A stretch of DNA of 64,000 nt from Balanoglossus misakiensis (GCA_040954595.2 CM082581.2:13341921-13405920); one strand, 5' to 3'; counted from the stretch's first letter, positions 14,663-27,663 are shown. A program made the numbers and translations. Notes: a model not told the origin generated them from the sequence alone.

Positions 14663-14783
14663 GTGGATGGATGGATGGATGGATGGATGGGTGGATGGAT
14701 GGATGGATGGATGGATGGATCAATGAATGAACGAATGAATGAATGAACGAATGAACGAACGAACGAACGAATGAATGAATGAA
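14663..14783 (+). repeat. Compound (TGGA)n/(TGAA/CGAA)n tetranucleotide microsatellite
   Basis: Visible tggatgga... followed by tgaatgaa/cgaacgaa; explains ORF 14601-14792. Confidence 0.9.
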
Positions 14784-16889
14784 TAGAGACATTTAAGGAC
14801 AGGTGGACGAATATTTATTGACATCATCGTCTAGATTCACTCAGCGTGTTTCAAGCAATAATGACAGACAAACTCATTTACCAGAGAAGCGTTCCACTTT
14901 GACGTGCTCAAATATCATACTAAAATTTGCTCATTACTGGTAGTTACCAGTTTAATATGACAGGTATGATATAGGATATTTAGTTTTTTTAATGTGTACT
15001 CGGTATGCGTTATTAGGCGGTTATATTTCTGGGGAAAGCAGTGTGGGAACTATATCCCGGGGCAGACAGCCTCCATAATCTTCTTGTCTATATAACCTGA
15101 TCCACCAGGACTTCGCTTGCAAAACACTGTATATACTGATAGCCATCTCAGTAAGCGTTAACAAAGAGTTCTTGTTCATAATCGTTGTTCTGACTGGGGG
15201 TTTTGTTTCATCTGGTGTACGGGTGGGACTCTACCTCAGGGGTAACAACTTGGACCACTGTTATCTATGTTGATTCCCCAGCTGTCTGCTTTGATTAAAA
15301 ATTATTTTGTACGCTGACAACTCGGCTGTCGTTCTCCACCACTGGGTATAGGATCGTTTGCGGAGAGAGGGAGGGGGAGGGGGCAGAAACGAAAGGTATG
15401 AAGGCCTCTGGAGTATTGTGGCGCTGCCTCTACGAAATGAGACAGACTCTTCACGAGAATGTAGTAAATTTCTCCTCTTTTGTGCCCTTCGTTTCATACT
15501 GGTATTTGTCCTGCACACTGATCATGCCAAATGTCTCTCAAAAGGATTACACAGGAGCAAACAGCGTGAATTTCTAAAGATCCCACACACATCTGTGTCC
15601 ATTCATGACAAATGTGTCATGGTCCAATACTTCACATATAAGGGGGCCTACAGTACAATATGCATGATATGAGTAATGCCATTATGTCAAGGCCTCCTCA
15701 ACACCGAGTGGAAATTAAATGCAGACTGGTGTTTTATTCACTGATGCCACACTGCGCTTGTTAAAAACACAAAATGGGTTATATGACATTCGGCATATAC
15801 AATGTACCAGTATTTTCCAATATACATGTACATACAGAATAGATTACATCACCGAATATTAGCATAATTATGTTCGGGAATTGCCACGTTTACTTTCCGT
15901 CCATAATAATTATTTTCGTTAATAAATTCATTGCGTCTTTGTCTTTGAAAGGCATAGTACCACGTTGGTATAGATTGTGTCAACAAGCTGGTCCAACCAG
16001 TATGGCGTCAAAACTGCCCGTGTATGTTGCAAAATTAACATAATAGTATCATGTACTAAGAATAACTTTATCGAAACAGACCATTCAACAGGTGGTTATT
16101 GAACCGACTGGTGATGAGATAATTATGTTTTTTTTTTAATAAAAAGTAAAATGTTCACATAATTACTTTGTGTACGTTCTAAAGACAGAGAGACATGCCA
16201 TAAAATGGTATCAGGTCGGTTACCCCTTAGACACTTTCCCTTCGGACATGTTACCGAATTTTTTGGGGTGGGTAAAAGTCCTGGTTTGTCCGGCGATGCA
16301 AAGTCAAGACCTCGCCTAAATTGACTGTCCCTTCCTTGTTCACAAAATATTACCTAAATACATATCACTAAGCCTTTAAAGAATTTAAGTCATCCTATAA
16401 ATAAATATATCAGTAATATCTAAATATATCGAACACACGCCGCAACAATGAATATCTGGTGCATGTCCAACAAACAGGTACAGGTCAGGGTCGTCATGGA
16501 AACAGTCTTAATATAATGGATTGTAAAGCGGACAGTTCGGGGTCTTTTTATCTTTCACGAGGATATGTACCATCTGCCCTGGTATAATGATATTATCCAT
16601 GTTCACCATGTCCGTTTCACTCACTATTAGCAGATACCCCATTATGCAAATGATGAAATCGACAGTTGTTGACGTGGCACCATTCAGCTATTTCCTAATT
16701 TATCTCAAACTAGATGTCGTAAATCATATGTTAAAATTAATAGTAAAATGTGAATTGTTAAAATAGACTTAAACGTTTCCACGTGTTCTACACCCTGGGC
16801 GAGCATCCCTGTTGTTTATCGATTGAAAATGTCATCTATCATATGCCGGTACCTGCTGTTGCTTGATATTTTTGGGGGTATGGAATGTT

Positions 16890-17312
16890 CTATCGACGGT
16901 AATATCGGGTGGCCGTCTCGTCATCATCTGTCAGCACCACTTCCATCTCATCGCCATTCGCTTTGTACTCAACTGTGAACTGATCTTTCTCGTCCACGGC
17001 TTTCACAATCAGTTTATCGCCCTCGACGATTGCGACTGCTTTTCGCGTTTTCCCCATCGGATTGCACAGCTCGTCGAACTCCTCGCCGACTTTGAACTTG
17101 AGACTCTGGGCGTGGCCTTGGTCGTAATGGGTCTTGATGGTGTAGGCTTGGTCCTCTCTGCTGATCACCGTCTTGTGGCTGGAGGACACCACCGATCTGG
17201 CGACAGGGAGTGGCAACGCCAGCCCTTGCATCAAGACTTCTAACAGGTCATCACTGTCCGAGTCACGGTCATGTGTCCACTTCCCCAATAAGGCCACAGG
17301 AAAGGAAGACAT
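16890..17312 (-). CDS. Fatty-acid-binding protein / intracellular lipid-binding protein (iLBP), 140 aa, intronless CDS
   Basis: Single ORF with iLBP hallmarks: GKW near the N-terminus, FKVGEEFDE, EGDKL, GDEM and C-terminal ATRYYRR. Length is typical of the family. Confidence 0.88.
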   Translation of the reverse strand: MSSFPVALLGKWTHDRDSDSDDLLEVLMQGLALPLPVARSVVSSSHKTVISREDQAYTIKTHYDQGHAQSLKFKVGEEFDELCNPMGKTRKAVAIVEGDKLIVKAVDEKDQFTVEYKANGDEMEVVLTDDDETATRYYRR

Positions 17313-18327
17313 TTTGTCTCAGCTCGTTGCCCCAGGTGCTTTCTGCACAACCGAATGGATCAACACACCCAATTCCTTCTCTGGCTAGTGAGGTGGCTCG
17401 CAATATTCAAAAGTGAAAAAAAAAACTGGTATATAAATATAATTATGGTATTAACAAAACGGCACTCACCACTACAGTGGAGGGGGTACAGGTTGTGTTG
17501 TATGCATGTTGGGTCAACTGTAAGGGTGCTGTTTGAGGCCAACTGTACAGATGTTGTCAAATGCCAGGCTAATATATGGCATCTTGTAGTGGGCCCTTTG
17601 AAAGCAGGAGTTGACCAAAAGAAAACCACACTCTCATTTTAAACTAACGTATTCAAATTTTATTTTCAAAACAGATGCATCAAATGCTGGTGCATGTATT
17701 CCATGCAGAGAAAACCAAATTTACAGGTCAGGTTTCTAATGCAATCATGGGACAGTAAGAATGGAGCAAACATTTTGCATCTTCCTTAAATTTCACAGCT
17801 ATATTTCCACAGAGTAAGATCTTAGGTGGTGGCTTTATTGACTGCACCATGGAATGTTTTACTTTTTAAAAGAAAGTTACTGCTTATCATACAATCTAAA
17901 CTAGAAAAGTATTCTACATGTCACTTTACATATTCTGGTAGATGGCTCAAACACTTTTTCATTCTATAAAGATGCCTAGGTAATTATCAAAGATGAATTT
18001 TTTGTGTTTGAATGGCAGAAAGATTTCACCACGGAGTCACAAATGATCCCTGATTTATCAAAAATTGCACGTTTCCAAATCAAAGGCCATTCAGGGAATA
18101 AAATATTTCTTACTCGAATGCCATCTTCTGATGCAAACTGGGTACATTATCCTCAGGACTTTCATCAGTGATCCACTCCATCCCTAACCCTTACATAACC
18201 AGCTACCTCTATGTATGTACACTTGTCCATTTCAAGATCCAACACAGCAAACGTCACAAAAGCTGGACTGCCAAAGGTGGCCCCCATTGCCTTTAAATTG
18301 CATGTATCCCCCCTCCCCCCACTGTTT

Positions 18328-19272
18328 TCACTGTATAATGCCCGCTTTTGCAGCCATGTCTTTGGCTTTTGTGGAAGCACTTTTCGCAGTCTTTTTGAGT
18401 TTCCTTTCTGTCAGTGTCATGTCTTGTCCCTTGTCGAGGCCATACGATCTCTCCAGGGCAAAGATGAGTCCCTTTTCAGCGTTGCCTGCGTTCTTCTTGT
18501 AGCGCTCGACTCCGAATGCACTGATTGCCTGGGAAAATCCATAGATGCCGGAAGTGACCCATGCTTCCCGCTTCAACCTGGTCCCTTTCTTGTTGTTCTC
18601 ATCCAGAAGATATTCACACCTTTCTTCCACAACCTGCCAAGAGAAAATATCAGACACATAATTGTACAGTGTTATCTTTATTTGGAGGATCAGAACTTTT
18701 TCACAGGTGCTGGCCAACTATGAAGGAGGATCAAGACTTGAAGAATGTAAATATCAAGATTGGTGAAGTGCAAAATAGTAATCACTCACCATGACTGATT
18801 TCAGATATCCAATATTCCGTGTGTATGTTGTTAATGTCCTTGCTATGGGATCCACGACCGATTCTTCAACGATGTAAATATGCTTCGGCCCAGACACAAA
18901 GATTTCACCCCATCTTGGCAACCCCTTGTTTGTTTTGGAATACAACTTCCTTGTGAAAAGCCTTTTGTTTTGCACATAGCGACATATTGTGTCTTCTGTA
19001 AGCACGTGTTTACTGAATAATAAAAAGAAGCAAAACAATAGTCAAGTTAGGATGACTTACAAAAACATTCAGTTGTACCCTGGATGTCAATATCAATTAT
19101 CAACACACAGTACATCAACTGTCATTAGTCTGGATATCTATTTTTTCCTTGGGGTCTATGGTGGTACTCCATTGTATGCTTACCTTCTTGGGTTTGGATA
19201 CCTCTGGAAAAACGTTGATACAACTTGATCCCAGCTGTACTTGAAGCATGAAAACCCACTATAGTACTTCAT
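18328..19272 (-). CDS. PRELID1: PRELI domain-containing protein 1 (Ups1-like mitochondrial lipid transfer protein), ~205 aa
   Basis: complement(join(18328..18633,18790..19012,19184..19272)), 618 nt, GT-AG introns. It has the PRELI motifs YSWDQV..FFQRYPNP.SKHVLTEDT, LPRWGE, IVEESVVDP..RTLTTYTRN and FGVERYKKN, and a LEA-like C-terminus (AKSASTKAKDMAAKA) as in PRELID1 rather than PRELID3/SLMO. A non-coding first exon probably ends at ~19755. Confidence 0.9.
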
Positions 19273-19754
19273 TTTGAATTTATCTGGTGACACAGAAACA
19301 TTAGATAGATACTGTGATAAACTCACATGAAATATTTGCGCCAAAGTTAAGATGTCACTCGCAAAAAATGACGCAATAGTGACGATCACCAGCATAAGCT
19401 ATCTGTGGGAATGTTTTTACTGCAACACTGACAGAGAGGGCGTTGTCCGATCAGATCAATGATCTAATGTTACGTTACAAGTCACGGCATGCACTACGCT
19501 AAGATTCAGTAAACAACTGAAACTAGAGTCGGTTAACAACTTGGAAGTACACAGAAGGAACATAGTATTACACGAATCTTTTAAAATCGCGACAGTCATC
19601 TTTTTAAATGCTTGGAGTACGTGCGTTCGTTCCACTTTGATGACATCACGCGTCGTCACGGGGCATGCATGGCTCGGCGTTGTGAAGGCATCGGAGATCT
19701 TACAAAGAAAGGGAAGATGTTAAACGAATAAGTACACACCATAGAAACATTTAC

Positions 19755-19958
19755 CTTATGAATCGGACTGAAATTCCCATTTATCCATCGATGATCAGTC
19801 AGAAAACAGCGACCAGGTCCGCGATCACACGCCTCACGTACTCGACGCAGCGAACGTGCAAATCAACACGTCTGATAGTTTGGTGCTTGTTACCTCGAGT
19901 AGTGGAAGAGGTCACCTGATGGTGGCGCTCATCATTGCGAAATACACACGAAAGAAAA
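19755..19958. promoter_or_regulatory. Bidirectional promoter shared by PRELID1 (-) and DDRGK1 (+)
   Basis: The divergent ATGs (19272 and 19959) are under 700 bp apart. A minus-strand donor (aag|GTAAAT at 19754) puts PRELID1 exon 1 within ~200 bp of the DDRGK1 ATG. The interval is CpG-rich. Confidence 0.65.
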
Positions 19959-21744
19959 ATGGATGTCCTGGTCTGGTCATTAGTTGCCGCGGCGATATTT
20001 ATCACAGCTGTTCTTTTCTTCGTCAGTAAATCACAAGATGAATGTAAGTGACCTTTTACGAAATACGCTAGAGTACAGTTATTCAGACGACCGTTTTCAG
20101 AATGAACGTGAATAGCAATTAGCTTTGACTCCCGATGAAAATTTCACGTTCACTTCCCACCCATCTATATCTATGTCAATGATCTATATCTTTCCACTTC
20201 AGTTTCATTCGCATAGCCACGACATTGCCAGTTTTCGTGTACTTATGGAGTAGTAACAAGCCAGTGTGGTATACCGTGTACCACTACTGCATCAACGTTG
20301 TGTTATTTTACTTTTTGTTAGCATCGAAAAGAGAGAAAAAGCCTAAAGAAAGGGCAGCAGGCAGTCGCGTACAAGATGCTGGTCCAGTCGGTGCCAGAGC
20401 TCGGAGGGGCAGAACGGCACAGGCTAGAATGAGACGACACGCTAGGCAAGATGAAGACGATGACGATGATGATGAAGAAGAAACTTGTAAGTAAACATCT
20501 GTTTACAAGAAATTGTGGAGGTTGTTTAAAATGAGCATGTTTTGAAAGTCCAAATCAATTTTGTATTTCATCATTTTCTTTTCCAGATGAAGATGAAGAG
20601 ATGTCTTATCTTGATGAACCAGTACTCCCAGATGGAAGTAAACCTGGAAAGAAAAAAATGAGAAAATTGGAAGAGAAAGCGTACAAGAGAGAAATGAGAG
20701 AGGTGATTAATAATCATCTGAAACATATTTTCTTGAGATACACATGCACACACACATCCAAACTTGTTGGAACACAGTACATGTATTCCTGAAGTTGATG
20801 ATTGTTTGCCCTGTGTTTTCCAGAGAGAACAGCAAGAGAGAGAAGACAGGAAGAAACGTCAAGAGCTACTGGATGTGCAGAGGAAAAAAGAAGATGAAAG
20901 GCGGGAGGCAGAAGAAAAAGAGAGGGTACGGTTAACAGTCCTGAAATCAAGTGGGATTGTCTGTTTTCCAGTTGATCCCTGTCACTAAAAGCAGAGAGTT
21001 TGAAATGTGACATTGACTTGTTTTACTTTTTTGTCGTTCTCAGGAGGAGGAGGAACGTCTCCGGAAAGAAGAGGAGGAGAAGAGGGAATATGAGGAGTAT
21101 CTGAAATTGAAGGAGGCTTTCACTGTGGAAGAAGAGGGCCATGAACAGATACTTACAGAGCATGAGGTACGTACATACAGTATAGACAAGCACAAGTTTG
21201 TAGACTAAGGTTGAATTGTAGTTACTGAATCCTTGTGGGTTAATAAGGAGGTGAGAGGTCTGAGATCATGCCCTGATTTGTATGGTTAATGTTGTAATTT
21301 CTTTGGATTTCAGTCGCAGTCGTTACTTCAAGAATTCATCGATTACATCAAGCAGAAGAAAGTTGTTATATTGGAAGAACTTGGTGCTCATTTCAATCTG
21401 AGAACACAGGTATGTACACCATCATGCTTTTGGCTTGTTCAACATTTGTGATTTCTGAACCCATCTAACCCTTGACCTCATATACATAACCAATATGACC
21501 CTTGACCCCTTTCTTTCCACAGGAAGTAATCAACCGTGTGCAGGAGCTTCAGGCTGAAGGGAAGTTGACAGGTGTTATTGATGACAGGGGAAAGTTTATT
21601 TACATTTCACAACAAGAAATGGATGCTGTGGCCAAGTTTATCAAACAGAGAGGGCGTGTGTCAATTACTGAACTGGCAGAGCACAGTAACAAGTTGATCA
21701 ACTTGCAGCCTGACAAAATAGAAGAAGCAGTTACTGCTCATTAA
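19959..21744 (+). CDS. DDRGK1: DDRGK domain-containing protein 1 (UFBP1, UFM1-ligase adaptor), ~302 aa, 7 exons
   Basis: join(19959..20043,20322..20486,20587..20702,20824..20925,21044..21166,21314..21409,21523..21744), 909 nt. It has an N-terminal TM anchor ([20 protein letters not shown]), a charged coiled coil, [15 protein letters not shown], and a PCI-like domain with [15 protein letters not shown]. Confidence 0.96.
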
Positions 21745-23636
21745 GTTTATGTGTGGTATTCTGATAGTATTTTAAACCAATAGCTGTACTGAGTGAAACC
21801 AAAAAATTAAATCCCATGTTCAGAGTTTAACAGTGCCCTTTATTCAAAGTCATTGTTTCCAGTCATGATAAACTGTTGTGTCGATGACTTAACTGCCAAA
21901 AGCCTGACAGCTGCCCATAATAGTGAGATTGTCCCAAATCGATAGAGTTTCAGATGAGGATACAGACTAGGTGGCGAATAGCGCCGCCAACGGTTATCTG
22001 ATGGATGCTTTCGGATCCAAAAGACGAGACCAAATTCTGAGTCTCCGTGCCAGCAATGCGTCCGAAACAGAATTTGGCAAGTTCAGGGCAAAACTCTGCT
22101 GTACCGACGAAGAGACAAAAATTACAGTGAACTGTCCCACGGATTCTCACGTTTTGGGTGTCGTTACTCTATACACTGCAATACACAAAACCTGGAGCTG
22201 TCAAAATGCCAACAGCGGGCGACTCTTAGCAAAACCAGAAACCAAGAGCGACATACCAAGGGGATTGCAACGTATTAAACTCTCAAACGAGACATAACTA
22301 TGAGGTCTCTGTCCTGCAATGTGGTTTCGATGAATACCAACCCGACTGACTGTAGAAACTAGAAATTCATGTCATGTCGCAGTACAGTCATTAAGGACCT
22401 GACCGTGTCAACCGACTCAGCATTTCAAGTATTTGCTGTCATGCTGAGAAAATGTCGGTGCTTGTATTCTGACATCGTGAATCTAAACCACCAAGCCCAG
22501 ACTATCAGAATGGACAACGAACTCTCCCACGGACCCATAATCAGTCAACTATTTATGAAGTATTCATAGTTATTTGTTCGATTTTTTCACTCCCATAGTT
22601 ATATTTTGTTGGTGTTCATAAATACGCGTGATGCATGACCAATCAGACATTTTGAGTCACTCCAATATTAGCACAGTGTCTACGTTTGTGTCTGTTTGAT
22701 TGTTTGCGTTTTAGACACAATAAATAAACCTTTCAGCCACCGTGGCAATTGTGGAATGATTTTCGTGTACACGCTAGCGGTTTCTTCGGCTATATACACT
22801 ACATTGACATCATTTTTACATTTATCACCGCAAATAAAACGTTTCACTTCGCGCATGATTACCTCAGCTGTTTGGAATTGACTCCGGGCACAGTTTGTAT
22901 CGGGTATTCTTCCGACGGTTCGGTGGGTGAATGAACGTTCCTTTCAGTTCTGCGTTCCTGCGCATATTTGCGAGATTTGTAATCCACCCTTGTCCGACTT
23001 TGCACAAAGCAGGCCCCACTAGTCAACTTTCACCGATCGCATATATTGATGTTGAACTTTCCGTCTTAAAAAGTTACGTGTCACACTAGTATAAAGTATT
23101 AGTAGTCGAAATGCTTAATTGCTACAAGAATAATAAATAATTTTGAAAACACACACACCAGAGATCAGTGAACCCTTTCTTATTTGGCTTTTTGTGTGGG
23201 GTTGATGTAGTGGAACTGCCACGTCTTAGTTCATTGTACTATCCATATATTTCAGTCCTGGACCTGATGATGACCTCAGTTGGTCTTAATTGACCCAAAT
23301 AACCCCGAAACCGTTGCCCAACTCTTGAAGTACAAAACAGGATTCCGCATATGTGCGTCTGTAAACACGATTAGGCAAATGAAAAGGTAAAGGAAAGTGA
23401 ATTCTTGGTCACGTTACGTTATCCATATATGGTTACTACTTCTGATAGAGGAGACCAAGTGGGCCTAAGAGTATTTTGACGCATGCGTGGTCATCTGTCT
23501 CACGGATATAGTATATATAGAAGTGCATGAGGTCAGGATATTCATTTTAGCTGGGCTGCCGAGACGAGAAGTTTTCCAGCAGTGTCTACAATTATTTCCA
23601 ACAGTTCCATTACTACAGTACAGATAGCGCTGAAAA

Positions 23637-24683
23637 ATGGCACACCAAAGCAACGACCCGGTACAGATACTTTCCCACATTCACTCGTACGCTCTGACGC
23701 AGGCGCTGGTAGGTGCTTGCCATCTTCGGCTCTTCGACCACCTGGAAAACGAAGGAGTGACGGCGAAACAGACGGCGGATACAGTGCAAGCGGACTACCG
23801 AGCGACCCAAGACCTATTGGACGCGCTGGTCACCATGGGCTACGTCCAGAAAATGGGCAGCGGCGCAGCGACTGTGTACAGAAACACGCAACTTGCCAGC
23901 GACTACTTGGTAACCACCAGCGCCCAGTCTCTGTATCCCTACATCATGATCCAAGGCCAGGTGGCCTACCCGGTACAGTCTAATTACAAACACGCCGTTC
24001 AGGAGGGCCGACCCCAGTTGCAGCGCACTTTCAACCAAGGTCAGTACTTCTCCGACATCGTTTCCAGGGACCCCAAGAAAGCGATGGCGTTCTTCGCATC
24101 TAAGCATTCACTTGCGCGTGTCTTCCACTGTCCAGTGGTCCTGGAAAGTTTTGATTTCTCCGAGTATCGAGAAGCTTGTGATCTCGGCGGAGGGAGTGGT
24201 ACCATCGGACTGGCACTGGCGCAGACCTACGAAAATTCAATGTCGATAACTATTTTCGATTCCCCCATGGCCATCGAAGCTGCGAAAAAATTCATCCCCG
24301 AATCCAGCATTCCCTTGAATTTGATATTCTCAGCGGGCGACTACATGAGGGATCCCTTACCGTACTGTGATCTGTACGTGTTACCCCACATCATCAATAT
24401 GCTGCCCGACGAGAGGGTAGCCTTCCTTTTGAGGAAAATTTACGCTACCATGGTACCCGGGGGTGCCATCCTCCTGTTGGAAAACCTGTTCAACGACGAC
24501 ATGCGCGGGCCGCAACTTACTCACATGCTGTCGCTGGGTCTTTTGGCTTTCAACGGGACGAGGCAGCGGTCTTTCGAAGAAGTCAAGAAACTCCTGGAGA
24601 GCCAGGGCTTCAAAAACGTGGACGTGAGGCGAACGGGGTCCCTGTCTGATGCTGTTCTGGCTAGGAAGCCACATATGCCCTAA
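23637..24683 (+). CDS. ASMT-like SAM-dependent O-methyltransferase (methyltransferase family 2 with dimerisation domain), 348 aa, intronless
   Basis: Long single ORF with the N-terminal dimerisation region (ALVGACHLRLFDHL...LLDALVTMGY...YRNT), SAM motif CDLGGGSG, IFD, AGDYMRDPLP and PGGAILLLE, QRSFEE. A TATA-like TATATATAG sits at 23512-23520. Confidence 0.9.
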   Translation: MAHQSNDPVQILSHIHSYALTQALVGACHLRLFDHLENEGVTAKQTADTVQADYRATQDLLDALVTMGYVQKMGSGAATVYRNTQLASDYLVTTSAQSLYPYIMIQGQVAYPVQSNYKHAVQEGRPQLQRTFNQGQYFSDIVSRDPKKAMAFFASKHSLARVFHCPVVLESFDFSEYREACDLGGGSGTIGLALAQTYENSMSITIFDSPMAIEAAKKFIPESSIPLNLIFSAGDYMRDPLPYCDLYVLPHIINMLPDERVAFLLRKIYATMVPGGAILLLENLFNDDMRGPQLTHMLSLGLLAFNGTRQRSFEEVKKLLESQGFKNVDVRRTGSLSDAVLARKPHMP

Positions 24684-27663
24684 AGGAGACAAATATTGCC
24701 GCTCTAATGAACACCATAACTCGAACTGGTGTATGAAATGCGATACAGTATTCGCACTGAGTCATAACGCAGACTTGGCAAACACACCCCAAAGTGTCTA
24801 TAAAGTACATCCTGATGTCGCGAATTCAACAGCACGCTTACCGCACATTCTTGTGATACGCAGAAATATTACAAATCTTAACTCGAACATTTGGATTTAA
24901 GTAGGTTGTGACGTCCGTAGTATATTTTTACAAGCTTGGCGTATTGCTATATATAAATTAAGTAAATGTGTGCAGGCGTGGGAGATATCGCCCAGGGTTC
25001 ACGTCAAGAAGTTCTAAGCCACTTCGTTTGTAGAATAGAAATGTGTAGACGTCAATGTTCAAAAGCCGCGTAAAAACTGCGTGTTTTATAACTCATAGTT
25101 TCTAGCATTGTCTGTGTGTTTGGCGTGGCCTAGTTGGTGGGCCGACAACGCCCTTTATACACTGCAAGAGTGACTTCACATAATACATGTACATTTGAGG
25201 CCCCATGCTGCCATTGTAACTCGAGTCGGGGTACAAAAGTTGCTCATCACGCTTGTTGTCCCATTATCACCGTTCAGCGGAGGTAGCAAGCAAACAAAAT
25301 AATGCACAGACGTAAAAAATGGTCACAAGGATGATCTTAATTCAAGAATGACCTTAAGACGTATCTTAGTTTGTCTTTGACAGGTGACACCAATCGCACG
25401 TTAATTGACCCAGACCCACTGTATAAATTTAAAGAAACCTGTACAGTCGGCCGTGTTAGGTCAACTTCGATGTAAAGGACTGTTGCTATACGGAGGCTAT
25501 CCATTATTGAGAATGCTGCGATTGTTCTGGCGTCTTTATACCACAATGACATACCCAAAGTGTGTTAGATAGAGGCCTCTGACTTTTTACTCAAAGGCTG
25601 TATTGACGAAAGCTGAATAAATCTCCCTTTTCACATCCATAATGCGCACGGTTTAAGATTTCTTCACCACTGAAGTAGAGAAGTGGTTTTTAGCGCACAG
25701 ACGTTTCATAGAGAACACGTGGGTGTAAGAGTGAATGAAAATAATAAAGGTTTTAGAAATTGGGATGCAGCCCGGACTCTGATTTCAATGCCAAAAATAT
25801 CTATACATAAATAGAACATGGTTGTGGTATGTGGCCTTGTTCAGCACACGCATGCAGACCACCATTTGTAAGCTGGCGAAATTAAAGTCATATAGAATCC
25901 CATACCCTGAAAACGGTAATCTATCCCCTTATATGTATCATATGTCTCTCCCTAAAGTCATACCCCCAGGAAATTTATTTACTAATGAAGGGTCAACTTT
26001 TTCATATGAGTGTCGGATATCAGAAGCGTGTTTAAAGTGGTGATTTATGCCATTGCAGAGGACATTTAACGTGTATATGTTTCGAATGACTCATATCCGT
26101 ACCATACTGATAATCTGGAGTAAAAACACACGAATTCCAGCGCCAGATTTTCGTTGCTTTTTACAACTTTATCGGGAAAATATTATTGGAGACGAGAATT
26201 ACAGCATTCATAACTTGTTGAAAAGAGGGGAGGGGTACCGAAGATTTGGAAACGGTAGGAATAAAAACTTACCTCGATCTGTTGAGGGCGCCGTACCATA
26301 CCATGGAATTGGCCAATTCACGACTTCCCGACAATCATCCCACACGAACTGAGGCAATTAACTTTTAGAGCACTGCTTTGCCCATCAACCCAACCAATGC
26401 TGATATAATGATATCTCTGGCTAGATCCTTAATCATACTGGACCCTAATTGCAATAGCTAATTATAAAATGATAAATGGAACGAGAAAGCAGATAATGAA
26501 ATTCCCAGTACAGTAGTTTTTCCCCAGATACTTTTTGTACATCGAAGCCCCGCCCCCGGGCTTGTCGGACGCAGACCTGACATCATGATAAAACGTTAGG
26601 ATTAATTACAAATAAAAAACACGTTGTCGAGGACAAACTTTCATGTATAATAATAAATGGAGGGAGGGTGCGAGATGTATGCATACATACTAGTACAAGC
26701 TACATGTATGTCATACCCAGGGGAAATGCCTGGGTTGTGAGTTTGGGGTATAGAACACAGACGCCTGAAGATGTCGAACGGCCTCTCTCATGTTTCTAGT
26801 ATACTAAAAAAAACTTTTATAATTATACTAGTATACCCGTTATATTAGACCGGCCGTTTGTGGCGGTATAGAATGGCTCAAGGTCCTTTGTATCTTTTTA
26901 CATCATGTTACGTCACTTAGTGACCCCGCCCAACAACGCCAGTCATTTTATAAACAATCTGGGGGGCGTGGCAGGCTGGCCCGTCGTCTGTCGTTCATCG
27001 CGCAGAATGCAGTGCGCAGTGTCAATATCAGCAGAGGTAAACCATAAACTATCACGTTGTTGAGAGACTCCACCTTGTCTTGGCCCTTTTCCACGAAAAT
27101 TTGAACCGATTCTGTCCTATTTTCGAAGAGCCGAGTCGAGGTCTTGTTCCCACCGACCTTGGGTAAGTGAGAAACGTTCGTCTTTGTTTCGCAGTTTGGT
27201 GATTTCCACACAGAGTCAGTCAAAGCCGTTGATGAAACGACAGTGTTATCAAACGTTCTTGAAGTACGATAAACGTTCCAAGTTCTGTTGCAGTCCAGTG
27301 GGAAATAAAAAAGCTTGCAATTGGCTCCTCCCGCAGAGATACTGGTTTCTTTCAGGTAACATTTCTTAACGCTAACACAACATTGTTCCTCTGGCTGTAT
27401 TGTTTTGCAGGCGGAGGGCAAATTTCTGTCAGTTTTAAAATGGTGTAGACGACAAGTGAGTCATCAAGGACGTTGACATACAAGGCACTGAACGTCACGA
27501 GCCCAGAACCTAGAACCCGGAAGTATTGATGTGTAAGATTTGGCGTCTTCGTCATCTTCATCAAGATCAACTACTAGTACGGGTGTGCGTGTGTAGTCTC
27601 CGCTAATCTTTCGAAAAGGCTACCAGAAACAATTCTTCCAATATACTTCCTGAACTTCGAAAC

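Noticed and set aside
14601-14792. ORF with HSF/HPSI repeats
   Set aside because: Translation of the tetranucleotide microsatellite.
16863-18723. Plus-strand ORFs overlapping FABP and PRELID1
   Set aside because: Antisense shadows of real minus-strand coding exons.
23637-24683. Horizontal transfer of the intronless methyltransferase from bacteria
   Set aside because: The sequence resembles animal ASMT-like proteins, and being intronless is not evidence of HGT; a phylogeny would be needed.
26948-27421. 157-aa minus-strand ORF just upstream of prominin
   Set aside because: No recognisable domain or splice context; overlaps the likely prominin promoter/5' UTR.
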